Origin: an uncultured Desulfosarcina sp. | GTDB taxonomy: Bacteria > Desulfobacterota > Desulfobacteria > Desulfobacterales > Desulfosarcinaceae | Direction of reading: 5' to 3' | DNA: 64,000 bases | NCBI GenBank assembly: GCA_963674945.2 | Contig: CAXXWQ010000004.1 | Location: 1 to 64,000, forward strand | Part shown: one piece after another, positions 1 to 9,258 of the stretch | How the letters are laid out: each line of letters opens with the position of its first letter | How positions within the stretch are numbered: position 1 is the stretch's first letter | Position numbers and translations under genes: made by a program | Notes under the pieces: generated by a model | Told to the model about the DNA's origin: nothing | Databases searched by the model: none | Seen by the model: the letters and a program-made list of their open reading frames with translations, nothing else

Positions 1-1
1 G

Positions 2-208
2 AAAGAGGTAATCATCGGTGCCACCTGCACTTTGACCGGTGACGGCGGCGAGTTCTCGGCCAAGACCGACAATTTCGGTGACTTCTGGTTGCGGGGCCTG
101 CCGGAGGCGGACTTCACCTTGACAATCGCGGCGGACGGCAAGACCAAAACAATGGCACTCAGTACGAAAGAAAAAGATGTTGGATTAGGGGATATCGCTT
201 TGGGATAA
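2..208 (+). CDS. 3' end (partial) of a 4Fe-4S subunit resembling the pyrogallol-phloroglucinol transhydroxylase beta subunit (C-terminal beta-sandwich domain)
   Basis: Frame +2 reads KEVIIGATCTLTGDGGEFSAKTDNFGDFWLRGLPEADFTLTIAADGKTKTMALSTKEKDVGLGDIALG* (TAA 206-208). The GAxxxL..TDNFGDFW..L..LTI.A.G..LGDI.L pattern resembles the BthL C-terminal domain from memory. The N-terminus lies outside the window. Confidence 0.6.
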   Translation, partial: KEVIIGATCTLTGDGGEFSAKTDNFGDFWLRGLPEADFTLTIAADGKTKTMALSTKEKDVGLGDIALG

Positions 209-225
209 ACAAGATTCAATTCCCC

Positions 226-265
226 GATAAGGGAGGGCATTTCATAAAATTCGCCCTCCCTTATC
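226..265 (+). terminator. 13-bp stem-loop after the partial gene (terminator or mRNA-stabilising hairpin)
   Basis: GATAAGGGAGGGC (226-238) pairs with GCCCTCCCTTATC (253-265); only a weak U-tract follows. Confidence 0.5.
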
Positions 266-410
266 TGTAGACATGCAAAGAGGTAAAAGGATTTATTTGC
301 TTCAGGCCTGCAGGCCTAACAGTAAATAGGTATTTCATATGCTGTTTGGTTGATTAACAATAGACGATCATTTTTAGAGAAGGCTTCTAATAAGAGTTAG
401 GGAGAAAAAA

Positions 411-746
411 ATGTGTTTCAGACCCGGTAGGGCAGTAAAAAAAAGACAGGTTATGTGCCCCAAATGCAAGACGATGAATCCGTTGCCACTTTCTGTTGAA
501 TCAGCCTTGTCGGAAATTATGGAAAATGAGGACGGCAAGGCAATCCTGGAAAAGCATGTCGCAGTTATGTTAGCCGATCCCCGGTTCCCGAAGGTTAAGA
601 GTATGAACCTGAAGATGGTCAAACCCTTTTCAGGGGGGAAAATCACCCAGAAAATGGTCAATCTGGTTGCAGAAGAACTGTCTCAACTCCCTTGGGATAA
701 TGTCTGTACGTCCTGCGGTGAGACTCTTCCTGAAGTCAAGCGATGA
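411..746 (+). CDS. Small hypothetical protein with split zinc ribbon (CPKC ... CTSC)
   Basis: RBS GGGAG upstream; 111 aa; N-terminal MCFRP, two CxxC pairs separated by a ~75-aa helical insert. Confidence 0.7.
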   Translation: MCFRPGRAVKKRQVMCPKCKTMNPLPLSVESALSEIMENEDGKAILEKHVAVMLADPRFPKVKSMNLKMVKPFSGGKITQKMVNLVAEELSQLPWDNVCTSCGETLPEVKR

Positions 747-794
747 GAGTTTATCCATTTTTGCATAACAGGATCGATCATTGAAAGGCTTCAC

Positions 795-1646
795 ATGGAT
801 CTTGTTTTTTTAGGCACAGGAGCCGGCGGCGGAGTTCCGGTATTTTATTGCGGGTGCAAGGTTTGCCGGGAGGCGATGGAGGATTCGAGATATTGCCGAA
901 CGCGATGTGCAGTAGTGGTATCCGGTGATGAAAATCTGTTATTTGACTGTCCGCCGGAAATTTCCGCACAACTGTCAAGAGAAAAGATATCGACGATCGA
1001 TCATCTGTTTCTGACCCATACCCATCATGATCATACGGCCGGATTGGGAGATCTGGCAATATATGTGCGGTTTTTCAAGGGAGGGCGGCTGCCGGCTGTG
1101 ATGAGCGCAGACACCCTGACGGAGCTGAAAGGACAAATCGGTGAAGTGGAGGATTGGCTTGAAGTCAAATGCATCTCACCCGGAGAGAGTGTTAAAGTAA
1201 ATGAAATGATGGTAACGGCTCTTGCTGTTTCGCATTGTCCCGGGGCGCTTGGATATCTCATCGACGTGAAAGGTGCAAAGACGGCCTATATTCCTGACAC
1301 CGGCCCCTTACCGGTAGAGACCAGACAGTGTTTGAACGGGATCGATCGGCTGATATTGGACAGCACATTTTTTGGAGAAAACTGGTATCCTGAGGAGCAT
1401 TTGAGTATTTCAGAAGCGATCGCCACAGGCCGTGATCTGGACGTTGGAAAACTCTACCTCACTCATCTTTCAATGCACTACAGCAAACCGATGACCAACA
1501 AAGAACTATATGCGTATTTAGAGAATTTTGCCGGAGCGACGGCAATCGCTTATGATGGACTGCGAATCAATGTGTCGGAAATCGAGGGTAGAAAGGCCTT
1601 GGAAAAGTGGTGTCTCACAGGTAACCTATTGGAAAAAGCTATTTAA
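795..1646 (+). CDS. MBL-fold metallo-hydrolase, PhnP-like
   Basis: LGTGAGGGVP..CGCKVC N-terminus, THTHHDHTAG metal motif, later SH, YIPDT and LTHLS motifs. Confidence 0.9.
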   Translation: MDLVFLGTGAGGGVPVFYCGCKVCREAMEDSRYCRTRCAVVVSGDENLLFDCPPEISAQLSREKISTIDHLFLTHTHHDHTAGLGDLAIYVRFFKGGRLPAVMSADTLTELKGQIGEVEDWLEVKCISPGESVKVNEMMVTALAVSHCPGALGYLIDVKGAKTAYIPDTGPLPVETRQCLNGIDRLILDSTFFGENWYPEEHLSISEAIATGRDLDVGKLYLTHLSMHYSKPMTNKELYAYLENFAGATAIAYDGLRINVSEIEGRKALEKWCLTGNLLEKAI

Positions 1647-1666
1647 AACGCTTTAGAGAGCAGAAA

Positions 1667-3760
1667 ATGGATCCAATCACATCAAGCGACTTGATCAACA
1701 AAGCACGGGGAACACAATCCTTTCCCGGTGTCTGCATCATCTGCCCCTGGCATTGCGCGACTGAGGTCTTCGTCAAAGACAACAAGGTGGTCTACGTCCG
1801 GGGAAATGAGAACTCGGCCAACGGTAGCACCCGTTGCGTCAAGGGGGTCGCCAGCATTCATCTGAGCCGCGATCCCGACCGGCTTCTTCACCCTTTAAAG
1901 AAAAACAGTCAAGGTACATTCGAATCCATCAGTTGGGACCAGGCCTTTGCTGAAATCGCCGAAAAGCTTGCGGTCATCAAGGAAAAATATGGTCCCGAAG
2001 CAGTGTTCTATCTTTTCCACCTCGACTCCAACGAAATGTTCTCCCACCAGTTGTTTACCCAACTGTATGGTACACCCAACTGGTCCGGCCATGGCGCGGC
2101 CTGTGACCAGGACCGTCGGGTTGCTGCCATGAGTACCTTCGGGCACCCCTTGCCCACAAAGGATTTTGCCAACAGCCGGTTCGTCATGCTGTGGGGCTGC
2201 GATCCGTTCGGCCCCAACGAAGCGTTGCACGAAAACCGGGAACTGGTGGAAGCAATGAAAAAGGGGTGCAAATTGGTTGTCGTCGATCCCAACCGCAGCC
2301 GAACGGCGGAAAAAGCCGATGTCTGGGTCCCCATCAAACCGGGCACCGACGGCGCCATGGCGCTTGCTATGGCCCACCGTATCGTCGAGACCGAGGCCTA
2401 TGACAGGCAATTTTGCGAACAGTGGGTATACGGGTGGAAAAGATTCTGCACGCATGTGGTGGACAAGGGCTATACCCCTGAATGGGCCGAGTCCATCACC
2501 GGTGTTCCCAAAGAGACCATCATCGGTCTCGCAGACGAATTCGCGACCACCAAACCGGGCATCATGGACGGACTCAAGGGACTGGTCAATTACACCAACG
2601 GCCTGGATGCCTTCCGGACCATCTATGCACTCAATGCCATCACAGGCAATGTAGACGGACCGGGCAATTTGATTTTAAAGGAAATCGCGCCGCTGGAACT
2701 TCCCATCGAAATCCCCGAAGAGGACGAAGTCGAACCGGAGGCCTTAACCCTGGGCCAGGAAGGCGGGTATCCCATGTCACCGGACATGCCTACCCAGCTT
2801 TTGCCCAAAGCCGTCCTGGAAGATGACCCGTATCCCGTCAGAGGTGGATTCTTTCACATCTGCAATCCGGCCATGAGCGACCCGAACCCCAAAGCCTTCG
2901 CAGAGATGATGGCGGGGCTGGATCTGTCCGTCACCATCGACATGTACCTGAGCGAAACGGCCCAATTGTCGGACTACGTTCTTCCCGAATGTTCCATGTT
3001 CGAACGTGCCGAAATTCGCGAAGGCCTGTGGTCCGGCCCACAGGCAGTCGTTGCCGTACCGGCCATAAAACCTTTGGGCAACTCCAGACCATTATACGAC
3101 ATCATGGCCGGTTTGGCGGAAAAGATGGGTTACGGCCAATATTATCATTGGGATTCGTGGGAAGACTGGGCAAACAGGGTGCTCGCCAAGATCCCGGCCA
3201 AATTGGAAGACCTGAAAAAATCGGGTATCTGGCAGGGAGAATTGCGGTATCACAAATTCAAGTCAGAGCCCCTTGCGACCATGTCGGAGAAAATCGAGGT
3301 ATTCTCGGACATGTTCGAGTTCGCCGAGCTTAATCCAATGCCGGAGTATTCTGAAGAGAGTCGGATCAAGCCTGATGAGGAGTATCCCTTTCAGCTGGTA
3401 AATGCCAAAATGCAGTATCACTGCAACCTCCACACACAGAACAATCCTTATCTGATGGGAATCGAAAATGAGAATTGGGTGGAACTCAATCCATCCGATG
3501 CCGAGCGTTTGGGCATTGAAGACGAAGATCGGGTAGAGGTCTCCTCCCCCCTCGACAGGGTCAATATCAAGGCAAGAGTGCGCGACGGCGTACAACCAGG
3601 CGTGCTCAAAGTGATCCACGGACATGGGTTCGGCCGCACAGTGGGAAATATCGCCCGGGGAAAAGGAACCCATGTCAACGTGATTTTCGACACCCGGATC
3701 AACCCGGCATCCGGCGGAAACAGCTATAACGAGCATAAAGTCAATGTGCGCAAATTGTAA
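1667..3760 (+). CDS. Molybdopterin oxidoreductase catalytic subunit (DMSO reductase superfamily, PhsA/PsrA-like), no Tat leader
   Basis: CIICPWHC...RCVKG Fe-S motif, DRLLHPLK, ISWDQA, putative Cys Mo ligand in SGHGAAC, PIKPGTD, DYVLP, C-terminal molydop-binding domain (NPSDA..GI). Confidence 0.92.
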   Translation: MDPITSSDLINKARGTQSFPGVCIICPWHCATEVFVKDNKVVYVRGNENSANGSTRCVKGVASIHLSRDPDRLLHPLKKNSQGTFESISWDQAFAEIAEKLAVIKEKYGPEAVFYLFHLDSNEMFSHQLFTQLYGTPNWSGHGAACDQDRRVAAMSTFGHPLPTKDFANSRFVMLWGCDPFGPNEALHENRELVEAMKKGCKLVVVDPNRSRTAEKADVWVPIKPGTDGAMALAMAHRIVETEAYDRQFCEQWVYGWKRFCTHVVDKGYTPEWAESITGVPKETIIGLADEFATTKPGIMDGLKGLVNYTNGLDAFRTIYALNAITGNVDGPGNLILKEIAPLELPIEIPEEDEVEPEALTLGQEGGYPMSPDMPTQLLPKAVLEDDPYPVRGGFFHICNPAMSDPNPKAFAEMMAGLDLSVTIDMYLSETAQLSDYVLPECSMFERAEIREGLWSGPQAVVAVPAIKPLGNSRPLYDIMAGLAEKMGYGQYYHWDSWEDWANRVLAKIPAKLEDLKKSGIWQGELRYHKFKSEPLATMSEKIEVFSDMFEFAELNPMPEYSEESRIKPDEEYPFQLVNAKMQYHCNLHTQNNPYLMGIENENWVELNPSDAERLGIEDEDRVEVSSPLDRVNIKARVRDGVQPGVLKVIHGHGFGRTVGNIARGKGTHVNVIFDTRINPASGGNSYNEHKVNVRKL

Positions 3761-3773
3761 GGGGACATGATCG

Positions 3774-4301
3774 ATGTCACAATACGGTTTTTATTTTGAC
3801 AAGGAAAAATGTGTCGGCTGCCGCGCCTGCGAAATCGCCTGCCAGGTCTGGAATGAATCGGTTCAAACGGTAAAGTGGCGCAATGTGGCGATGACCTATG
3901 AGGGGCGTTACCCGGAGATAAAAAGCGTCAATGTCTCGCTTGCCTGCATGCACTGCGCCGATGCACCCTGCAAGAAAGCCTGTCCCCGGGCGGCCATCAC
4001 CAAGGATGATGAAACCGGCAGGGTGACCGTTGACCAGGAGCGCTGCGTGGGCTGCATGCTCTGCCTGTGGGCCTGCCCCTTTGGCGCCCCTCAGTTGGGT
4101 GTCTTCGGCCGCATGGAAAAATGCACCTTCTGCGAAGAACGGCCCATGGGCATCAAACGCGCCTGTGAGGAGATCTGCCCCACCCAGGCCATCGTGTCGG
4201 GTAAGATCGACGAATTGTCCAGATTCTCCAAGCAAAACACCAGTGGACGACTTCTGTATGATAAGCAGGCAGGTATCGTTCTGGGCCACGAGGATACCTA
4301 A
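3774..4301 (+). CDS. 4Fe-4S dicluster electron-transfer subunit (DmsB/PsrB-like)
   Basis: CVGCRACEIAC, CMHCADAPC..ACP, CVGCMLCLWACP, KCTFC..C..CP. Confidence 0.93.
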   Translation: MSQYGFYFDKEKCVGCRACEIACQVWNESVQTVKWRNVAMTYEGRYPEIKSVNVSLACMHCADAPCKKACPRAAITKDDETGRVTVDQERCVGCMLCLWACPFGAPQLGVFGRMEKCTFCEERPMGIKRACEEICPTQAIVSGKIDELSRFSKQNTSGRLLYDKQAGIVLGHEDT

Positions 4302-4303
4302 TC

Positions 4304-5116
4304 ATGGATAAATTCACCTACTTCTGGATCCTGATCATCGTGGGGATGACCTTCTTCTTTATCGGCGTATACAAGAACTTTGTCGCCAAGATCGGTTATA
4401 TTCTCTGGGTCAATGACAAAACCCGCGCGGGTGAGGACAAACCCTTATGGTGGGAGACCCTCAGGGGCAGGTGGCCGCGCCGTCAAACCATTATCGACGA
4501 GGCCCTTTTGCAACGCCGCATCAAGCAGCGGTCGGAATTTTTATGGACACGACATTTTTTGATTTTCTTCGGATTCATCACAATTTTCGCCCTCGACCTG
4601 TTTCTTACCTTTGCCGGCCACTATGTCCATCACTACTTTCACATCGATTACTTCATGACAGGACCCGGCAAAGCATTTTTAAAAATCGGAATGGAGTTTT
4701 CCGGTTTACTCCTTTTTGTCGGTTTGACCTTAGGATTGCTGCACCGTGCCATATATACCAAGGATGAAAAGAAATTCGTGGACATCAGACTCCTCTGGCT
4801 TTTGTGGGTGGTGACATTGACCGGTTTTTGTACCGAAGCGTTTCGTCTGGCAGCCACACCAAACGATCCATTGATTGCCTTTTCGTTTATCGGCGGGCCG
4901 ATAGCGAAACAGCTCAGGGTAATTCCAAAGGATTGGGCCTTATTGGCCGATTGGATGTGGATTTTCCATGCAACAATCACCGTATTCTTTTTTGCCTACC
5001 TGCCCTTCAGTAAATTTATCCATGTGCTATCCGCTCCTGTGGGCAGGTGCATCACACAAAACGGTGAGTATGCCGTTCAAAAACGTCAAAGAATCAGTGA
5101 AGGGCTCTTATCGTGA
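4304..5116 (+). CDS. NarI/DsrM/HdrE-family b-type cytochrome membrane anchor
   Basis: Five to six hydrophobic helices; RHFLIFFGF, WIFH and YLPFSKFIHV motifs typical of the nitrate reductase gamma family. Confidence 0.8.
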   Translation: MDKFTYFWILIIVGMTFFFIGVYKNFVAKIGYILWVNDKTRAGEDKPLWWETLRGRWPRRQTIIDEALLQRRIKQRSEFLWTRHFLIFFGFITIFALDLFLTFAGHYVHHYFHIDYFMTGPGKAFLKIGMEFSGLLLFVGLTLGLLHRAIYTKDEKKFVDIRLLWLLWVVTLTGFCTEAFRLAATPNDPLIAFSFIGGPIAKQLRVIPKDWALLADWMWIFHATITVFFFAYLPFSKFIHVLSAPVGRCITQNGEYAVQKRQRISEGLLS

Positions 5117-5145
5117 TGCAGAAAATCTTCAACGAGAATTAAAAC

Positions 5146-5943
5146 ATGAAAGAGAAGCGTGAAATGAAATTGAGAGGGAAACGAATCATTGTGACCGGTG
5201 TATCGCAGGGGATTGGCGCATCGACAGTTCGTGCCTATGTGCGGGAAGGCGCCACTGTCTCCGCTGTCGATATTCTGGACGAAGCGGGCCAGCAGACAGT
5301 CCGGGATGCCAATGCGAAAGGGAGCGGCAAAGCGACGTATCACCACTGTGACATTGCCAACTCCGATGAAGTTTTCAGCGTTTTCGAAAATGCCGAAAAA
5401 GAAATGGGTGGCCTCGATGTTCTGGCGCAAGTCGCCGGTATCGAAAATCATAAGCCCGCGGAAGATTTCACGGCAGATGAAATGCACCACATGTGGAGCA
5501 TAAATATCAATGGCACAATCGCGACCAACCAGGCCGCGTGTAAGCTCATGCAAAAACAGAAAAAAGGCGCCATTATCAATTTTGCATCGGATGTCGGGTT
5601 GATGGGTATGCCCTACGGCGGACTTTACGCAGCTTCCAAAGGCGCGGTGTTGTCCTGGACGCGCACAATCGCCTATGAATGGGCGATGAATTACAATATC
5701 CGGTGCAATTGCGTGAATCCAACGATTAAGACCCCCATGTTTGAACAATACCTGGCCAGACTTTCACCCGAAGAGCTGGAAGCGTTTCTTGCCGCAGAAA
5801 AACAGCGGGTTCCGCTCGGTGGGCAAATGGGCGATGCCGACCGCGATATGGCTCCCGTCATGGTGTTTTTGGCATCTGATGACGCCGGGTACATCAATGG
5901 TCAAGTCATTTGTGCCAATGGCGGCAGAGTGATGGTGCGTTGA
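5146..5943 (+). CDS. Short-chain dehydrogenase/reductase (SDR)
   Basis: TGVSQGIG cofactor motif, YAASK catalytic motif, C-terminal YINGQVICANGG; start may be ATG 5164. Confidence 0.93.
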   Translation: MKEKREMKLRGKRIIVTGVSQGIGASTVRAYVREGATVSAVDILDEAGQQTVRDANAKGSGKATYHHCDIANSDEVFSVFENAEKEMGGLDVLAQVAGIENHKPAEDFTADEMHHMWSININGTIATNQAACKLMQKQKKGAIINFASDVGLMGMPYGGLYAASKGAVLSWTRTIAYEWAMNYNIRCNCVNPTIKTPMFEQYLARLSPEELEAFLAAEKQRVPLGGQMGDADRDMAPVMVFLASDDAGYINGQVICANGGRVMVR

Positions 5944-6010
5944 TGACATTGGCCTATCATTTTCGTTTTCGCTCTACCAGATCCTTTTCTCGACTGACAC
6001 GGGCAAGCTA

Positions 6011-6943
6011 CAAGCCATCTCAAAAAAAACGAAGTAGTATTTTGATACAACCAAGTTGGACCATAGCCAGGAAATTCTCTACATGGTATTCGTAGCGTAC
6101 AATCAACCTCCTGAAGTTCTGAAGCCATGCAAACAGGCGTTCTACCTTCCATCTGCGTCGATAACGCCTCAGTTTCCTGCCGTCTTGGGTTTTTGGCTTT
6201 TTCCGGCCTTTACGATGCGGGGCGATCATTTCAACACCACGATCGTCAAGGAGTTGGTCATCAAGTTTATCGCTGTCGTAGGCCTTGTCGCCAACCAACT
6301 TGTCGGGTGCATACTCGGTAAAACTGGCGTCTATGGTATCCTCAACAAGCTTTACCTCGTGGGGCGAAGCGCTTTCCACGTGAGCGGCGACAGGAAGACC
6401 AGCAGCGTCTGCGATTGCCATGATCTTGGTGCCTTTGCCACGCTTTGTCTTGCCGACAGCAAGACCCCTTTTTTTGCCGGAGCGAAGCTGCCATCTATAA
6501 ACGCCTCTCGAATATCGATCTTGCCGCGTTCATTGAGGTCTTCGACCAGCTCAATGGCAATGCGTCGGAACACCCCTTGCCGAACCCATTGCTGGAACCG
6601 CCGATGGCATGTCTGGTACGGCGGGTACCGCTGGGGCAAATCTTTCCAGGGTGCACCCGTTCGCATGATCCACAAAATCCCATTGAGAACATCGCGTGGA
6701 TTCCTTGCCGGTCGTCCTCTGGGATCTTTGGATGGGGTTGACGCTTCTATAATAGGCTCTATCCGCTTCCATTGTTCTTTTGTGAGTTCCATCCTGATTA
6801 TATTGCATATTCAGGATGTTATGTCTAGATTTATTTTCAATTTTTTCAAACACTTACAGGCTGTCATCCGTATTTCATATAACTTCAGCCGGTTACGTTG
6901 CGATTTATCATCGGCGAAATACTACTTTTTTTGAGATGGCTTG
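6011..6943 (-). mobile_element. IS5-family (IS427-group-like) insertion sequence, apparently intact, 933 bp
   Basis: Terminal inverted repeats CAAGCCATCTCAAAAAAA (6011-) and TTTTTTTGAGATGGCTTG (-6943), TA on both flanks (6009-6010, 6944-6945), two transposase ORFs. Confidence 0.92.
6020..6792 (-). CDS. IS5-family transposase, expressed by programmed -1 frameshift (orfA 6792-6352 + orfB to 6020)
   Basis: orfA has [25 protein letters not shown]; orfB has GDKAYDS and [11 protein letters not shown]; slippery AAAAAAAGGGG on the minus strand at 6475-6465; stop codon lies within the IR. Confidence 0.9.
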
Positions 6944-7344
6944 TATCAATTGACTGACCGTCTTCAATGAGTTGATGCTTACCGCAGTCATATCGCTTCA
7001 CATCCTTGAAAGCTTTTGCTCGGTTTTCAACGGTGGGTTCGGCAGTAAAATTTTTCTGATGATTTTATAGGCGGAGACACCGCCTTGGGCAATTTATTTC
7101 TCAGCTCCGACATGGTATCCTTATAAGTTTCGTGTATTGTTCTTTTTTGCATGGTGACGCCGCCGTTCACTGTAAATGTCAACGTCGGCGCCCAAATTTT
7201 TTGAATTATTTAATGAACAGAAATCATTGGTTGGGAATGATTAGACTCCGTCAATCAGATTCTGAACTTGAGCAGTTGTTTAGCGAATCAATTGTATCAG
7301 GAATACCCCCCGGGCTTTGCAAGGGGACTCACAAAGATTAATTT

Positions 7345-7410
7345 ACTCTCTGTAACCACAAAAGAGAGTTTACCCCTCGATTGATAACCTCTCCTCCATC
7401 AATCGAGGGG
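7345..7410 (+). ncRNA. Candidate cis-regulatory RNA or sRNA, two-hairpin element, copy 1 (strand uncertain)
   Basis: ACTCTC-N13-GAGAGT followed by CCCCTCGATTGAT-aacctctcctcc-ATCAATCGAGGGG; 55/66 identical to 20035-20100 with all differences outside the main stems. Confidence 0.55.
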
Positions 7411-7714
7411 ATTCTTGCAATTATAGTGTAGAATCATTTTACAATATAAACTCGAAGCAGCTTCCATTCGCTATCATACTAATGGTAACGGGGCAGTACG
7501 TGCACCATTGCGGCATGTCCACAATCGTATGTCATGAAGATAAAATGAAGAAAGAGAAATAACCGCTATGATCCGGTTCCAAAGAGTTGTGTTTTGGTAT
7601 CGGAAGTATTCTATCAATCACAAGCTTAATATTTTTTGCGAAGGGAGGAAGAAAAATATCTTTAGGTACAAGAGCGCACATGAGGAATATCAATACAGAA
7701 AAGGGGAGGAGCAG

Positions 7715-9235
7715 ATGAGGTGCTTGAAAATTCAAAAAACCATTTTTCTGGTGACAGTATTCATTTTCAGCCTGTTTTCATTTGTTGGATCCGCAGGTGC
7801 TGTGGGGTTCAAGTTAGGGGATGATGCCCAACTGGATTGTGACGTAACGGTAACGTACGGGGTCGCAATGAGGACGTCCGACCAGGACGATGAAAAACTG
7901 GCCGATTGGTCCACGGATGACGGCAACCGGAATTTCGACCAGTGGGACCTTGTCAACAACAAGGTTACCGCGATAGCGGACATCCAATTGGAGTATAAGG
8001 ATGTCGGCCTGTTTGTCCGGCCGAAGGCTTTTTATGACCACGTTTACTTCACGGATAACGCCAATGACAGCCCGGAAAGCAACAACGCCTATCAGGGCGG
8101 TCTCATTGATTCATCGGATCAATGGGCCGATAAAATTGAGGATATCCACGGCATGAATGCGGAAATCCTGGATCTTTTCGGATATTACACGGGCAGACTG
8201 TTCGATCAGGAGTATAGTATTCGCGTGGGAAAACAGGTAATCAGCTGGGGAGAGAGCCTGATGATTACGGGGGGCATTTCTTCGGCCCAAAGCCCGATTG
8301 ATGTTTCCGCCGCGCAGGCAGCGGGTACGGAGGTCAAGGAAATCTATCTGCCCACGGGATCGGCTTATCTTCGGATGGGAATTACCCCGTCTTTGGGGCT
8401 TGCCGGTTATTACCAGTGGGAATGGGAAAAGAGCCGAATGATGGAGGGCGGCACCTTTTTTTCACGCGGGGATATGATTGATGAAATAAAGGCGCCCCTC
8501 GTGTTGGATTATCTTCCTCTGCCGATTCAAAGGGGTATCGATGAGAAAGCAAAAGACGACGGCCAGTACGGAGTCTCTTTAAAGTGGATGACGCCGTGGC
8601 TTAACTCAACGGAAGTCGGCCTTTATTTTATCAACTATCACGATAAATTCCCCCTTCTTGTTTCGGGCCCTCCCACCCCAGCCAGTCCCCTGGCGACGTA
8701 TCATTTAGAATATACCGAAGACATCAAGCTCTACGGTGTCAGCTTCAGCTCTTGTATCGGAGATGCCAATGTAAGCGGCGAATTCAGCTATCGGGAGGAT
8801 CTCGGAATCCTGCCCGCCAGGGAGGTTGAACTCATCGACTACTGGCAGGCACAGACTTCGGCGATCTGGACCGTCCCCCTCCCTGTCTTTGCCGATCAGC
8901 TTGCCTTGGTCGGCGAATTCGCATGCGGCAAGGAAGTCCATCGCGGGGAAGGAAACGAGTTTGCATGGGCATATGCGGCCACTTTTGCCTTTAGTTGGGC
9001 CCAGGTATTTCAAAAGACCGATTTGTACCTGAACCTGGCATCTACCGGTACGCCCGAAGGCTCGGCGGATCGCACCCTTCCGCTGGGTGACGAACGTTCT
9101 TTTGCCGCCTCGATCGGCATCGAACTTGTCTATGATTTTAATCTTACGGCCGGCCTTGTCTATGAGGACCGATTCGACAGACATGGCCTGGCGGATCGTG
9201 ACACGCTCAGCTTGGAACTTTCATATACATTTTAA
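7715..9235 (+). CDS. DUF1302-family outer-membrane beta-barrel protein, copy 1
   Basis: RBS GGAGGAG before ATG 7715 (preferred over 7568), signal peptide, DDGNRNF, GKQVISWGES, YYQWEW, DDGQYG, DRD and terminal YTF. Confidence 0.85.
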   Translation: MRCLKIQKTIFLVTVFIFSLFSFVGSAGAVGFKLGDDAQLDCDVTVTYGVAMRTSDQDDEKLADWSTDDGNRNFDQWDLVNNKVTAIADIQLEYKDVGLFVRPKAFYDHVYFTDNANDSPESNNAYQGGLIDSSDQWADKIEDIHGMNAEILDLFGYYTGRLFDQEYSIRVGKQVISWGESLMITGGISSAQSPIDVSAAQAAGTEVKEIYLPTGSAYLRMGITPSLGLAGYYQWEWEKSRMMEGGTFFSRGDMIDEIKAPLVLDYLPLPIQRGIDEKAKDDGQYGVSLKWMTPWLNSTEVGLYFINYHDKFPLLVSGPPTPASPLATYHLEYTEDIKLYGVSFSSCIGDANVSGEFSYREDLGILPAREVELIDYWQAQTSAIWTVPLPVFADQLALVGEFACGKEVHRGEGNEFAWAYAATFAFSWAQVFQKTDLYLNLASTGTPEGSADRTLPLGDERSFAASIGIELVYDFNLTAGLVYEDRFDRHGLADRDTLSLELSYTF

Positions 9236-9258
9236 TCAAATATGAGGAGGCGTATAAA

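Noticed and set aside
6056..6934. 292-aa plus-strand ORF
   Set aside because: Antisense shadow of the IS5 transposase; no recognisable motifs.
5944..7115. A gene interrupted by the IS5
   Set aside because: Rejoining the flanks gives only short frames without recognisable homology.
7568..7714. N-terminal extension of DUF1302 copy 1
   Set aside because: The RBS, signal peptide and paralog alignment all favour ATG 7715.
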